Positions 29,257 to 37,667 of a stretch of 64,000 bases of DNA are shown one piece after another. This DNA is from a virus. Under the pieces are notes generated by a model. It searched no databases and was not told the DNA's origin. It saw only the letters and a list, made by a program, of their open reading frames with translations. A program made the position numbers and the translations under genes. The DNA lies in the IMG/VR virus record IMGVR_UViG_3300046787_000675, positions 1-64,000 of that record; one strand, given 5' to 3'. Every line of letters begins with the position of its first letter. Position 1 is the stretch's first letter.

Positions 29257-30252
29257 TTATTTTCTCCGGAAGGCTTTTATTTCCTCGGCATCGTCCGGTA
29301 GCATATTTTGTTGTAGAGAGGCTTCTATTGCATCCATTACAGCCTCGGTGTGTGTCTTTACAGGATTGCTTAACGAGTTCTTTGCTGCGATAGACCCTGT
29401 ATCGAGTATTCGCTTGTTCTCCAGTGCATTTGTAAAGTCTATTAATCGCGAGGATATATTCGGATTAGTTATATCTGTTTCAGGATTTCCTAAAGAAGTA
29501 CCTGTTCCTGCTCCTATACCGGCGTTCTTTGCTATCTGGTGTGCTATCAGTTTGTGTCGCTGCATCGCGACTTCTATCGATAGGGCTTTTAACGTGTCAT
29601 AGCTTATTAACTGTTCCAGGAGCAGTTTCTTTAGATTTATCTCTTCGAGGCTCTCTCGTATATTGTCTACATTTATTATTTCCTGCATATTTCCTATGTA
29701 TAGATTCCATAGATTAAGGCCGAATTGCGCAGAAATAACCTTGGCATTCCGATCCTCTTTTATATCGCTGCAGTATTGCTCGGCGTAGGAAGTTATTTTA
29801 GAGGGCGTCCAATTAGATACATCGAAGAAAACTATAGAATAAGTATTAAGGACTGTCAAGTCAAGACCTGTTAATCTCTTTATCTCTTCGAGACGGGTTT
29901 TAGAACAGAGCATTGCTTCTATTGTCCATTTAAGGGAGTGTCTTTCTTTGTTAAGGTAAATCTTATATGTGTCGAGGAGAATACGTGTGTCTTGCCGCAG
30001 TCTGTGTTTATCCGGAAAGAAGTTATGCTTCACCCATTCCGCAAGGCGTATTACCGCTTCTTCGAAATTACCTACATAAGGTCTGTTAGCCCGGGGAAGA
30101 CATGCTTTTATCATGCAGCTCTTCCAGTAATCGTCGGGATGCTCTGCTCCTTTTGTACTGTCTGTATATTGTATTGTTTCAAGATATTTGTTCTGTTGTC
30201 TCTTAAGCATATTATACTCAAGATCCAGTTGCTTGCTGTACTGCATATACAC
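29257..30252 (-). CDS. Hypothetical protein (possible HTH; terminase small subunit not excluded)
   Basis: 331 aa; 'LEEIKRLTGLDLTVLNTYSIVFFDV'. Confidence 0.6.
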   Translation of the reverse strand: MYMQYSKQLDLEYNMLKRQQNKYLETIQYTDSTKGAEHPDDYWKSCMIKACLPRANRPYVGNFEEAVIRLAEWVKHNFFPDKHRLRQDTRILLDTYKIYLNKERHSLKWTIEAMLCSKTRLEEIKRLTGLDLTVLNTYSIVFFDVSNWTPSKITSYAEQYCSDIKEDRNAKVISAQFGLNLWNLYIGNMQEIINVDNIRESLEEINLKKLLLEQLISYDTLKALSIEVAMQRHKLIAHQIAKNAGIGAGTGTSLGNPETDITNPNISSRLIDFTNALENKRILDTGSIAAKNSLSNPVKTHTEAVMDAIEASLQQNMLPDDAEEIKAFRRK

Positions 30253-30519
30253 TGCGATATTATTTTGTTTCTCTAACTCTTTCCTCGGCCTGCTGCTGTA
30301 TATAGGTTAGAGGTGTTATCTATACAGCGCAAGGTTATTATATAGTCTGTTATTGTATCTGCAATGTATCTGTATATAAAAAAACCCTTCTTATATACTT
30401 TGTTTATTTAACTAATCAAGGATTAAGGGATATATAAGAAAGGGCGGATTATTATTTAATTATGCCTGTTAGCCGGTAACAGTCTTTCGATCTCTTTAAC
30501 AGTGTGTACATCCATGTTT

Positions 30520-31326
30520 TTATAAAAACGAATACGTGTTCGTTTTTTTAAGTACTTCATTTAAAGGTACTCTCGGAAAAAGCTCTAACGAACCTCCTAC
30601 AGTACTGTTAATAATTTCTACATTTCTTCTACTATATACTGTCTTTGCAATTTTGTACACATCCAGCATCTTATTTGCATTGATTGTAGACCTGTATCTT
30701 AATCCCCTTGCACAGTCTTTATCGAAGTGCGCAGGATCATCTCCCTTGTCATATGTATGCTTGTTACCTTTTACCTGTGCGTAGGTATTATCCACACCTA
30801 TTAAAATCACCTGCTTGTATCCCATTGCCAGGGCAAGCTGCATATTTACGAATGTTACTGTCTCTACGACATGTATTTTTTTAACGGCGTCCTCGGAGAA
30901 ATTATGCGACAAATCTATATTAAAATACCGGACATTAGGGTCCGGGAGAATACAATAGGAAAAAACAAGAGGAACTATCTTTACAGCGTGCTTTATACTG
31001 TTTATCTGCCGGCTGTATATTTCCGCGAATTGTGTATCGACTGTTGTGTAATACGTCAACAGCGGGAAAATATCCTTATGCAGCATAATGTTATTGGAAC
31101 CTATTACATCTTCCCCTGCCAACAGACTCGGATCTATATGTTGCAGACTCGGGCCGTTACCTACGATAATTACCCTGTCGCTTTTCTTCTGCCGGATTAA
31201 GGCAGCAAACATTTCCAGCTGCTCAGCTTTCCATTGCTTATTTATCCCCCATGTCTTATTATACATTTTTACCTTCTCGTACCCAGGAGGCAGATTGTCC
31301 GAGAAAGCAGGTATTATTCTGTTCAT
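30520..31326 (-). CDS. DUF115/Maf-like (sialyltransferase-like) protein
   Basis: VIIVGNGPSL, VIGSN, TVTFVNMQLALAMGYKQVILIGVD, IINSTVGGSLELFPRV. Confidence 0.85.
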   Translation of the reverse strand: MNRIIPAFSDNLPPGYEKVKMYNKTWGINKQWKAEQLEMFAALIRQKKSDRVIIVGNGPSLQHIDPSLLAGEDVIGSNNIMLHKDIFPLLTYYTTVDTQFAEIYSRQINSIKHAVKIVPLVFSYCILPDPNVRYFNIDLSHNFSEDAVKKIHVVETVTFVNMQLALAMGYKQVILIGVDNTYAQVKGNKHTYDKGDDPAHFDKDCARGLRYRSTINANKMLDVYKIAKTVYSRRNVEIINSTVGGSLELFPRVPLNEVLKKTNTYSFL

Positions 31327-31371
31327 TTTCTACTCTACTTCATCGATAGCTAAAAAAAAGAGCGGAAGACT

Positions 31372-31405
31372 TTCTCCGGTACACTTTTTAGGGTGTACCG
31401 GAGAA
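31372..31405. terminator. Perfect 13-bp hairpin ending the ribozyme-containing cassette (probable terminator)
   Basis: TTCTCCGGTACAC / GTGTACCGGAGAA; U-run about 12 nt further downstream on minus strand. Confidence 0.55.
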
Positions 31406-31414
31406 CAATATATC

Positions 31415-31642
31415 TTAAAGAGCTTGCGGTTTTAACGCCTCAATCACAAGGTTATTAAGATATATCGGGGGGACGGTTAGCGATATTAACCCATTGAGCT
31501 CGGGGGCAATCAATCCTTTATCGTCTATCCTATAAAGTATATTTCCTGTTTTCAGGAAATCACTTTTTATAAATATTTTACCGTCTTTTCTGTGCAATGA
31601 AAAGGGTTCAGTACCCTTTTTTGTTTCTAGTAAGATAAGCAT
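31415..31642 (-). CDS. Hypothetical protein
   Basis: 75 aa with repeated leader and AAGGAG RBS. Confidence 0.65.
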   Translation of the reverse strand: MLILLETKKGTEPFSLHRKDGKIFIKSDFLKTGNILYRIDDKGLIAPELNGLISLTVPPIYLNNLVIEALKPQAL

Positions 31643-31683
31643 AATTTGTTCTCCTTTTAAAAGACGGGCTTATGTCTGCCCTT

Positions 31684-31760
31684 ACTGAATTAAAACTTCT
31701 ATTTAACAACTGCATTAAATAGAAGGGGCTGTTGGTTCAGTGTCTACCAACAGCCCTATT
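31684..31760 (-). ncRNA. Structured RNA motif C, copy 1 (two hairpins + pseudoknot), unassigned
   Basis: GGGCUGUUGG/CCAACAGCCC and CUUCUAUUUAA/UUAAAUAGAAG stems; loop ACUGAA complementary to downstream UUCAGU; covaries with 35398-35476. Confidence 0.75.
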
Positions 31761-31900
31761 TAGTAGCTTTTTTAACATAGGGAGCTACACTAACCCTATC
31801 CCGTATAAAGTAGTCTATGTAACGCCAAGACTCCTGCGCCTGACTTTATAAAGGTCAGGTACTTGCTGTAGCCTTTTAGTGTCTTGCTTAGGACAAGTTT

Positions 31901-32719
31901 TTAGTTAGAGGCGAGCCATTCTTTTATGGCTTTCGAAAGCTCTTCAGGACTGGGTATTGCACCCGTCGGGGCGAACGGGCTTCCACCTATGGTATCGGCG
32001 CCTCCCCAATTTCCTATTTGAAACTGCTCACTCAAGAACGGCCAAAGGGATTTAAGAGAAGGGACTTTACTAAAGGGCAACTTACCTATGGTGATCTTAT
32101 CACCTAACAAAAAGCCGAACCCAGCAGACTTGTAAATGTCTGCGAAATTGTTCTCCCCATCACGAGAGAATACAATTTCTCCTTTCGGGGAGAGGCCAAT
32201 TGCTGTTCCTTTGAACTTGTGGAGTTTGTCTCTCCGATAGAGAGTACCCTCGGTATATTCCTTACCGACTCTCTCCACTAGGGAGAGTAAAATCTCGGTC
32301 GATGGAACGACCCCGCGTTCGGGGCGAGCCCATCCAAAGATGGAAAGACCCTCTACGTTATCGGCTGCTGACGCGCCGTTCGCGTCTATCTGACTAACTT
32401 CGCGAACGAAGTTAGCAAATTGCGGGTCGTCCGCCGCAGCGGGGTTTAAAACCAGCCACGTACTCAATATAGAGTCCGCATCGATCGAGCTAACCCGCAT
32501 TTCCTCAATGTCCGGGAGGAATTGTCTCAGCCCAAGCCTCAGGGCATTCAACACCTGCAAGCAGGTTGCCGACAGAGGGAATCGTTCCCCTTCGCCATGA
32601 TGGTCGAAGGAGAAACTATTTGTCTCTGGTTTCGCGGCATAGCCTCGGTAGGCACCATCAATGTATATGGTGTTGTTTTCCATTTCATTTACGGGATCAG
32701 TTAGTAGTTGGATATTCAT
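31901..32719 (-). CDS. DHH-phosphoesterase-fold-like protein
   Basis: IYIDG, SFDHH, IDADSILS, WGGADTIGGSP. Confidence 0.55.
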   Translation of the reverse strand: MNIQLLTDPVNEMENNTIYIDGAYRGYAAKPETNSFSFDHHGEGERFPLSATCLQVLNALRLGLRQFLPDIEEMRVSSIDADSILSTWLVLNPAAADDPQFANFVREVSQIDANGASAADNVEGLSIFGWARPERGVVPSTEILLSLVERVGKEYTEGTLYRRDKLHKFKGTAIGLSPKGEIVFSRDGENNFADIYKSAGFGFLLGDKITIGKLPFSKVPSLKSLWPFLSEQFQIGNWGGADTIGGSPFAPTGAIPSPEELSKAIKEWLASN

Positions 32720-32798
32720 AATTTTCTCCTTATAAGACGGGCTATGACTGCCCTTATTTTTTCAAAACAACCCGCCTTGCATACACAAGCCAGAGTTT

Positions 32799-32861
32799 AT
32801 TACCCCCTGTAGTACAGGGACGCACTAAGCTTAAAATCTATTTATAGTCGCTTAGTCGACT
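32799..32861 (-). ncRNA. Pistol ribozyme, copy 1 (predicted cut between 32803/32802)
   Basis: AGUCG-ACUAAG-CGACU-AUAAAUAG-AUU-UUAAG-CUUAGU-GCG-UCCCUGU-ACU-ACAGGGG-G^U-AAU: P1, pseudoknot, P2, P3 and conserved AAAUAG/UAAG/GCG/GU of pistol. Confidence 0.9.
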
Positions 32862-33307
32862 TCCTCCTCATCCTCATCCAGAGCAGGGGCATTCTCCCAC
32901 CACTCGTAGATCAACGATCTTAAATCCGACAGTCTGTCGGACTGTTCTCGTTGGAGATGAAGACGAGGATCTTCCTCGTCTAGGATCGGGAGACCTACAC
33001 GACTTTTTAAATCGTCAGGTAATTCTTCAAATCCTAGGTAGTTGCAATAGCTTACAGTCAGGACATCCTTTACATCCTGCTCTGTTACTTCCCCAACTAC
33101 GGGGAAGGTTTTAAATATATCTTTCGGGATGTCGAGGAATACCCCCGAAAGAGTTAAGTTGTTACTTACAGCCACTTCTTGGGAGGAACATGGCGGTCTT
33201 GTAGTTATTACAGGAGCGACGAGATAGGTCTCGTCGTTATCCCGTACAGCGCAAAGGAGGGCTTCGCGCCATTTAACTACCTTCAATCGAGGAGTTCCCA
33301 TAACCAT
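32852..33307 (-). CDS. Hypothetical protein; stop codon lies inside pistol copy 1
   Basis: 151 aa; ends GUC GAC UAA within P1/loop. Confidence 0.7.
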   Translation of the reverse strand: MVMGTPRLKVVKWREALLCAVRDNDETYLVAPVITTRPPCSSQEVAVSNNLTLSGVFLDIPKDIFKTFPVVGEVTEQDVKDVLTVSYCNYLGFEELPDDLKSRVGLPILDEEDPRLHLQREQSDRLSDLRSLIYEWWENAPALDEDEEEVD

Positions 33308-33696
33308 TCCTCGTTGAATTCCTCAAAATCCTCTCTGAAGAATCTATTCGGAGTGGGCCCACCCCCTATGATTAGCCCTGAGGCGAGCATAAATATGCTA
33401 CCAAGTCCTTTCCCTAGAGAGCGGGAGGAGCCTCCCTCCTTCCAGAATTTCTCTGGAATATAGAGGGCTTCTTCATCGCCCTCTATATTCTCTCCTGGTA
33501 GACATGTGTAATGCTCCAGCTCATTTTGAGCATCCTCCTCTTCCCCTACGGCAGTAGGGTCATAGGTATACCCCTTTTTACGGGGTGTTTTCAATTTTAA
33601 CCCCGCAGGGGTTATAATTATAGATCCACCCTCTGGGGTGGGCAGTACGGAACCGCCCGCGGCGTAAAACTTATAATTTAGGTTTCTTTTATTCAT
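33283..33696 (-). CDS. Hypothetical protein
   Basis: 137 aa, repeated leader and AAGGAG RBS. Confidence 0.65.
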   Translation of the reverse strand: MNKRNLNYKFYAAGGSVLPTPEGGSIIITPAGLKLKTPRKKGYTYDPTAVGEEEDAQNELEHYTCLPGENIEGDEEALYIPEKFWKEGGSSRSLGKGLGSIFMLASGLIIGGGPTPNRFFREDFEEFNEEWLWELLD

Positions 33697-33773
33697 AATT
33701 TTTCTCCTTATAAGACGGGCTTATGAAACCCTTATTTTAAAACAACTCGCCTTACCTACGTAAGCCCAAGTTT

Positions 33774-33836
33774 ATTACCCCCTACAGCGTAGGGACGCAC
33801 TAGGCTTAAAATCTCTTTATAGTCGCCTAGTCGACT
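33774..33836 (-). ncRNA. Pistol ribozyme, copy 2 (predicted cut between 33778/33777)
   Basis: AGUCG-ACUAGG-CGACU-AUAAAGAG-AUU-UUAAG-CCUAGU-GCG-UCCCUAC-GCU-GUAGGGG-G^U-AAU; compensatory changes versus copy 1 in pseudoknot and P3. Confidence 0.9.
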
Positions 33837-33871
33837 GCTACGTTTTACGCCCAGCTCGGCGCGGACGGTTT

Positions 33872-34150
33872 TTACATCAAGTCTTCCTTAGATGCGATTC
33901 CGTCTGCTATTTTAATAGCAGTGTGTCGGAACCATCCGAGAAGACTGTCCACGTCTTGGCTATTTTGCCAGTGGTATTCCTGGCAGGTTAGCCCTCTGGC
34001 GGGACAGCCCTTAATGTAGAACCTATACCCTTTGTACAGGATATAGATTCCATCCGCCTCTACTCTAAGATCGTAGTCCTTTTCAGGTAATACATTAGAG
34101 TAGAAGGCGATTTCTTGGATTAGATCCAAGGTATCTTTGTTATTTAACAT
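33872..34150 (-). CDS. Hypothetical protein
   Basis: 92 aa, AAGGAG RBS. Confidence 0.65.
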   Translation of the reverse strand: MLNNKDTLDLIQEIAFYSNVLPEKDYDLRVEADGIYILYKGYRFYIKGCPARGLTCQEYHWQNSQDVDSLLGWFRHTAIKIADGIASKEDLM

Positions 34151-34184
34151 GGATACTCCTTGTAGGCTGGTCAGGCCTGTTAAA

Positions 34185-34649
34185 TTATTTTTTTAAGAGC
34201 ATAACGCGACCTACGTTAAACACTTTGACATGGTAATTTAGAGCCCTCGTTTCAGCCTCATCGGCTTCTGCTAAGTACTCCGGTGTGACCCATACTCCTT
34301 TGTTCAAAACCCTTTCAAGTTTTTGCACATAAGGTGCGGAGTCATGTCCATGTCCACCGAAAAATATTACAGCCTCGGTGTGGCTGTTGGCTTGTTGCCA
34401 TGCCGCACATCCGCTGTGGCTACGCCGTTTAACTTGAACCGGGTAAACGATACCGGTGCTCTTGTTTGCAAGAGCTACGTCCACTCCCTGATGATCCAGG
34501 TCATGAGTGATGAACGCCTCCCAGCCTCTAATCTGGTCGATTACCCTTACGAGGATTTCCTCGTTTAGATAACCAACCTCTTGAGCACGGCTGGCGTTCA
34601 CTGGGATACGTGCTTTTTTATCCCAATCATACGACTTAAAAACTTTCAT
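34185..34649 (-). CDS. Putative PD-(D/E)XK nuclease-fold protein
   Basis: LDHQGVDVAL...YPVQVKRR. Confidence 0.6.
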   Translation of the reverse strand: MKVFKSYDWDKKARIPVNASRAQEVGYLNEEILVRVIDQIRGWEAFITHDLDHQGVDVALANKSTGIVYPVQVKRRSHSGCAAWQQANSHTEAVIFFGGHGHDSAPYVQKLERVLNKGVWVTPEYLAEADEAETRALNYHVKVFNVGRVMLLKK

Positions 34650-34666
34650 AAAAAAATCCTTATAAT

Positions 34667-34729
34667 ATTACCCCCTACAGCGTAGGGACGCACTAAGCTT
34701 AAAATCTATTTATAGTCGCCTAGTCGACT
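34667..34729 (-). ncRNA. Pistol ribozyme, copy 3 (predicted cut between 34671/34670)
   Basis: Same layout; ACUAGG/CUUAGU pseudoknot has a G-U pair that works only on the minus strand. Confidence 0.9.
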
Positions 34730-34737
34730 GTTAAGAA

Positions 34738-35070
34738 CTACCAGGGGTAGCGGTAGTTCTTTGTTCCGGACCATTTAAACCTAGGGTTCCTAGGCACCCC
34801 CCGTAGGTCCATATACGGGAGGTGAAAAGATATTTGATGCCCTTTCCAACATACGTATAGTATGTCAGAAAAGGCATCTCCACCAATTACTACCTTAGGT
34901 AGATCGGGGAGATTTTTATCTCTTTTTATTTTCCATTCTTTTATGAACAGATCAAGGTATTTCTCCTTGTGTTCATAAAAGAATGTAGAGTCTTCCTTGG
35001 CTCGTATATTGGCCAAGAAAGCTCTTTTTAGTAAATAATTCAGGAATTTATCCATCCATAGATACTCCAT
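34738..35070 (-). CDS. Hypothetical protein
   Basis: 110 aa; QISFHLP...KWSG motif. Confidence 0.65.
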   Translation of the reverse strand: MEYLWMDKFLNYLLKRAFLANIRAKEDSTFFYEHKEKYLDLFIKEWKIKRDKNLPDLPKVVIGGDAFSDILYVCWKGHQISFHLPYMDLRGVPRNPRFKWSGTKNYRYPW

Positions 35071-35397
35071 TAAGGTTGTTACATAGTAGAGATAGCATCC
35101 GCGCTATTTCTACCGACATGTACTCACCTTGTTAAGTACACAGCTAAGGTTTTTTATGGGTCATATAGAGGATACCTGTAAAACCCCTACTAGAAAGTCT
35201 TTCGCGCCTTCTTTCGCGCCCCCTTGGGGGAACTGTGGTACACATGAGCCTGTACCAAGCCCCGGGGAAACTAGTGATCCTTCACTAGAGACTGATGTCC
35301 CGGAATTTTTCATTTGTATCCCGCCCCGCTTTGCGGTCGGCGGATAATTACTGTTTCATAATTTCGCTCCTTATTAAAGACGGGCTTATGAAACCCT

Positions 35398-35476
35398 ACT
35401 GAATTTATATACTTCTACTCACCCACTGTAGTAAATAGAAGGGGCTACAAGTTCAGTTACTACTTGTAGCCCTATT
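35398..35476 (-). ncRNA. Structured RNA motif C, copy 2
   Basis: GGGCUACAAG/CUUGUAGCCC (compensated stem), CUUCUAUUUAC/GUGAGUAGAAG, loop ACUGAA + downstream UUCAGU. Confidence 0.75.
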
Positions 35477-35547
35477 CAAAGATAACTATGCGCTATCTCA
35501 TTATATTATGACCGTTTTTACCTAAAAATTAAGGCTATATAATCCTG

Positions 35548-35814
35548 TTACTTTAGGAGTATTATAGCCCCTAGTAAGCAGGTTAGAAAAAACGATAAAA
35601 CACAAAATAACTGATAGTTATCGAGTTTTTTATTTAGAGATGCAATATCGTTTTTATTGACTTCATAATTAGTTTTAATATCTGTCAACCGATAATCTAT
35701 ATCGTTTCTATGATCTATATTTAACCGAAGGTCTCTTTGGATGCCTTCAGAAACTGTCTTGATTTTATCTATATTTTTATGAAGCTTCTTTAAATTTTTT
35801 TTCTTATTTTTCAT
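35548..35814 (-). CDS. Coiled-coil protein with C-terminal TM helix
   Basis: LFCVLSFFLTCLLGAIILL. Confidence 0.6.
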   Translation of the reverse strand: MKNKKKNLKKLHKNIDKIKTVSEGIQRDLRLNIDHRNDIDYRLTDIKTNYEVNKNDIASLNKKLDNYQLFCVLSFFLTCLLGAIILLK

Positions 35815-36274
35815 CGTCTACCTCTACGGCATTATACAATAGAGAAACTGTATTTTCAAACGCTGTTCGAAGAAGCGTGTCGCTTATTACGAAAGGATAT
35901 ACCACTCCTGTACGTGCTTTGCCAGCCATAACACCGTCCACAATAAAATCCAGTATATCAATAAGATGTATATCTTCCGGTATACCATCCTCTGCTGTTA
36001 AATGGTGCCTGTTTACTTTCCTATGGTTATCCCACCAGGTAGTGTTCTTAAAGCCCCCGACGAAATCTCTATGGAAACCGTCGATGTCCGAGAACTTGTC
36101 ATGATCATGGTGTTTAACCTGTTCATCAATCAGCTCTTTAAAGAAGTCAAACCCTTTACGGATATCCCCTACATGCTGCTCAGAGCTTTTTAACAGTTGT
36201 TCTTTCGTTACCTTTGTGTAATCGCAGCTTCGTGTGTCAGCTGTCTCGCTTTTGCGAATTGTTATTTTTTTCAT
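35804..36274 (-). CDS. HD-like (DUF5662-like) protein
   Basis: HVG..HDHDKFS..HRKVNRHH..LIDILDFIVD. Confidence 0.6.
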   Translation of the reverse strand: MKKITIRKSETADTRSCDYTKVTKEQLLKSSEQHVGDIRKGFDFFKELIDEQVKHHDHDKFSDIDGFHRDFVGGFKNTTWWDNHRKVNRHHLTAEDGIPEDIHLIDILDFIVDGVMAGKARTGVVYPFVISDTLLRTAFENTVSLLYNAVEVDDEK

Positions 36275-37218
36275 ATTTTACCTTTTTTGAAATATTCCCA
36301 CAATGGCTGAGGAAATTTAACATTACTTTTTATAAGCTTTGCCACTTCATCGTTGCCATTAACTAATGACTGGGCTATTATATTTTCTGCCAGCTTTTTA
36401 GAGGCTTTACAGTTTACTGTTGAATCACAAATAGGTGTATACCAGAACAGGTATGAATCTCCTAACTTTATGAAATTTATACATCTTATTACACTTTTTG
36501 GATTTTCTAAACGAACAAATGCTACACAGCCCGAATAACTACAAGATACCTTGGTATTATACTGGGCAAAAGGATTTAGCTCTTCTACTATACTTTTTGC
36601 AATATCACCTGATTTTGTTCCTATTTCCAGTTTTTGAAGCTCTGTATCTTCTTTCTTCTTAACTACTGACTCATATATTTCTTTTAAGCTCATACTTTTA
36701 TCTTTTCCTTATTCTTTAAACCATTTATGGAAACCGCATAGTTCCCAATTAACCGGTTCTATCTCTTTTGCGAATTTTATTACTCGAATCTTATTAACGG
36801 ATCTAACTATAGACTGCCAAATAGTTTCATTATCGTAGTCGTATACTACCTGCAAGGCAATACATATACCAGAGTAGAAAGATATTTCCGATGGTGCATA
36901 AGGTAGTTCTTTATCTTGCTCATTCATATCCTCGTCTGACATGCCTATTAGACTGTATTTATCATCTTCAGCCATAATCTACTCCTTTTTCTTTTTTGTC
37001 AGTATTTTCATTTTATTTCCTTTTCCTGTTGTTTAATACCATCCTGTTAGTAGCAATGGCATCCCTCGCATGTTCCAGAGTAGAGATCAGACACTTATCT
37101 TCGGGAGATAAGTCGCCGGCTTTCTGCAGCTTCTCTATTTCCTCTGTGTAGTAGTATATCTGCCTGTTCATCTGCTCCAGCTCCTTTGCATGCTGTTCGC
37201 GTGTCAGAGCATTGTTGC

Positions 37219-37638
37219 TCATTGCTTATCTTCCTTTGCTTTCAGGTTGTTTATCAGTTTAAACCACTCTGCGTCATCCCCTCTTCTCAGTCCTTGTTTA
37301 TCGATACCGTTATACATATCGTTATACAGACGGGTAAGCCCTGTAACCGGTCCGTTTAATCTCTGTACGAGTACGTATATAATTCTTACGTTGTCTGCAC
37401 GTATGGCGTCTATAAGCTCAAGCTTATTACACCATTCAGTGCCCATGTCGCGAGGGTACAGGTGCTTAGATATATCACAGTTCAGGGTCTTTGCCATAAT
37501 AGATCCTGCTATACATACATGACACTTGTCTCCTTCAACTATATGGAATGCGTCCGGGTCGAAGATATATCTACTGTCCTGCTTCACGAGCATCATATCT
37601 CTATAGGCTGTCTCCAGGAGTTCAATTAATTCTTTCAT
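37219..37638 (-). CDS. Hypothetical protein, paralogue of 38416-38826
   Basis: LIELLETA.RDM..VK.D..YIFD..AFH...KCHVC.AG.IMAKTL in both. Confidence 0.8.
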   Translation of the reverse strand: MKELIELLETAYRDMMLVKQDSRYIFDPDAFHIVEGDKCHVCIAGSIMAKTLNCDISKHLYPRDMGTEWCNKLELIDAIRADNVRIIYVLVQRLNGPVTGLTRLYNDMYNGIDKQGLRRGDDAEWFKLINNLKAKEDKQ

Positions 37639-37667
37639 TTTATAAACACCTTTAGTTGTTATTACTT

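Noticed and set aside
31763-31799. preQ1-I riboswitch
   Set aside because: Topology is similar, but the loop lacks the characteristic sequence and no queuosine gene follows; kept only as an unassigned pseudoknot.
33704-33733. GGGUUUCAUAAGCCC as twister ribozyme P4/L4
   Set aside because: I could not find P1/P2, the UAA cleavage segment or the T1/T2 partners.
32726-34729. Intergenic repeats as a CRISPR array or integron attC sites
   Set aside because: Spacers are whole genes of ~0.9 kb, no cas or integrase is present, and the pistol fold explains the repeat.
35261-35303. Hammerhead-like words on plus strand (CCGGG GAAA C..G AGA CUGAUGU CCCGG)
   Set aside because: No stem I, no NUH site, CUGAUGU rather than CUGANGA, and it is on the non-coding strand.
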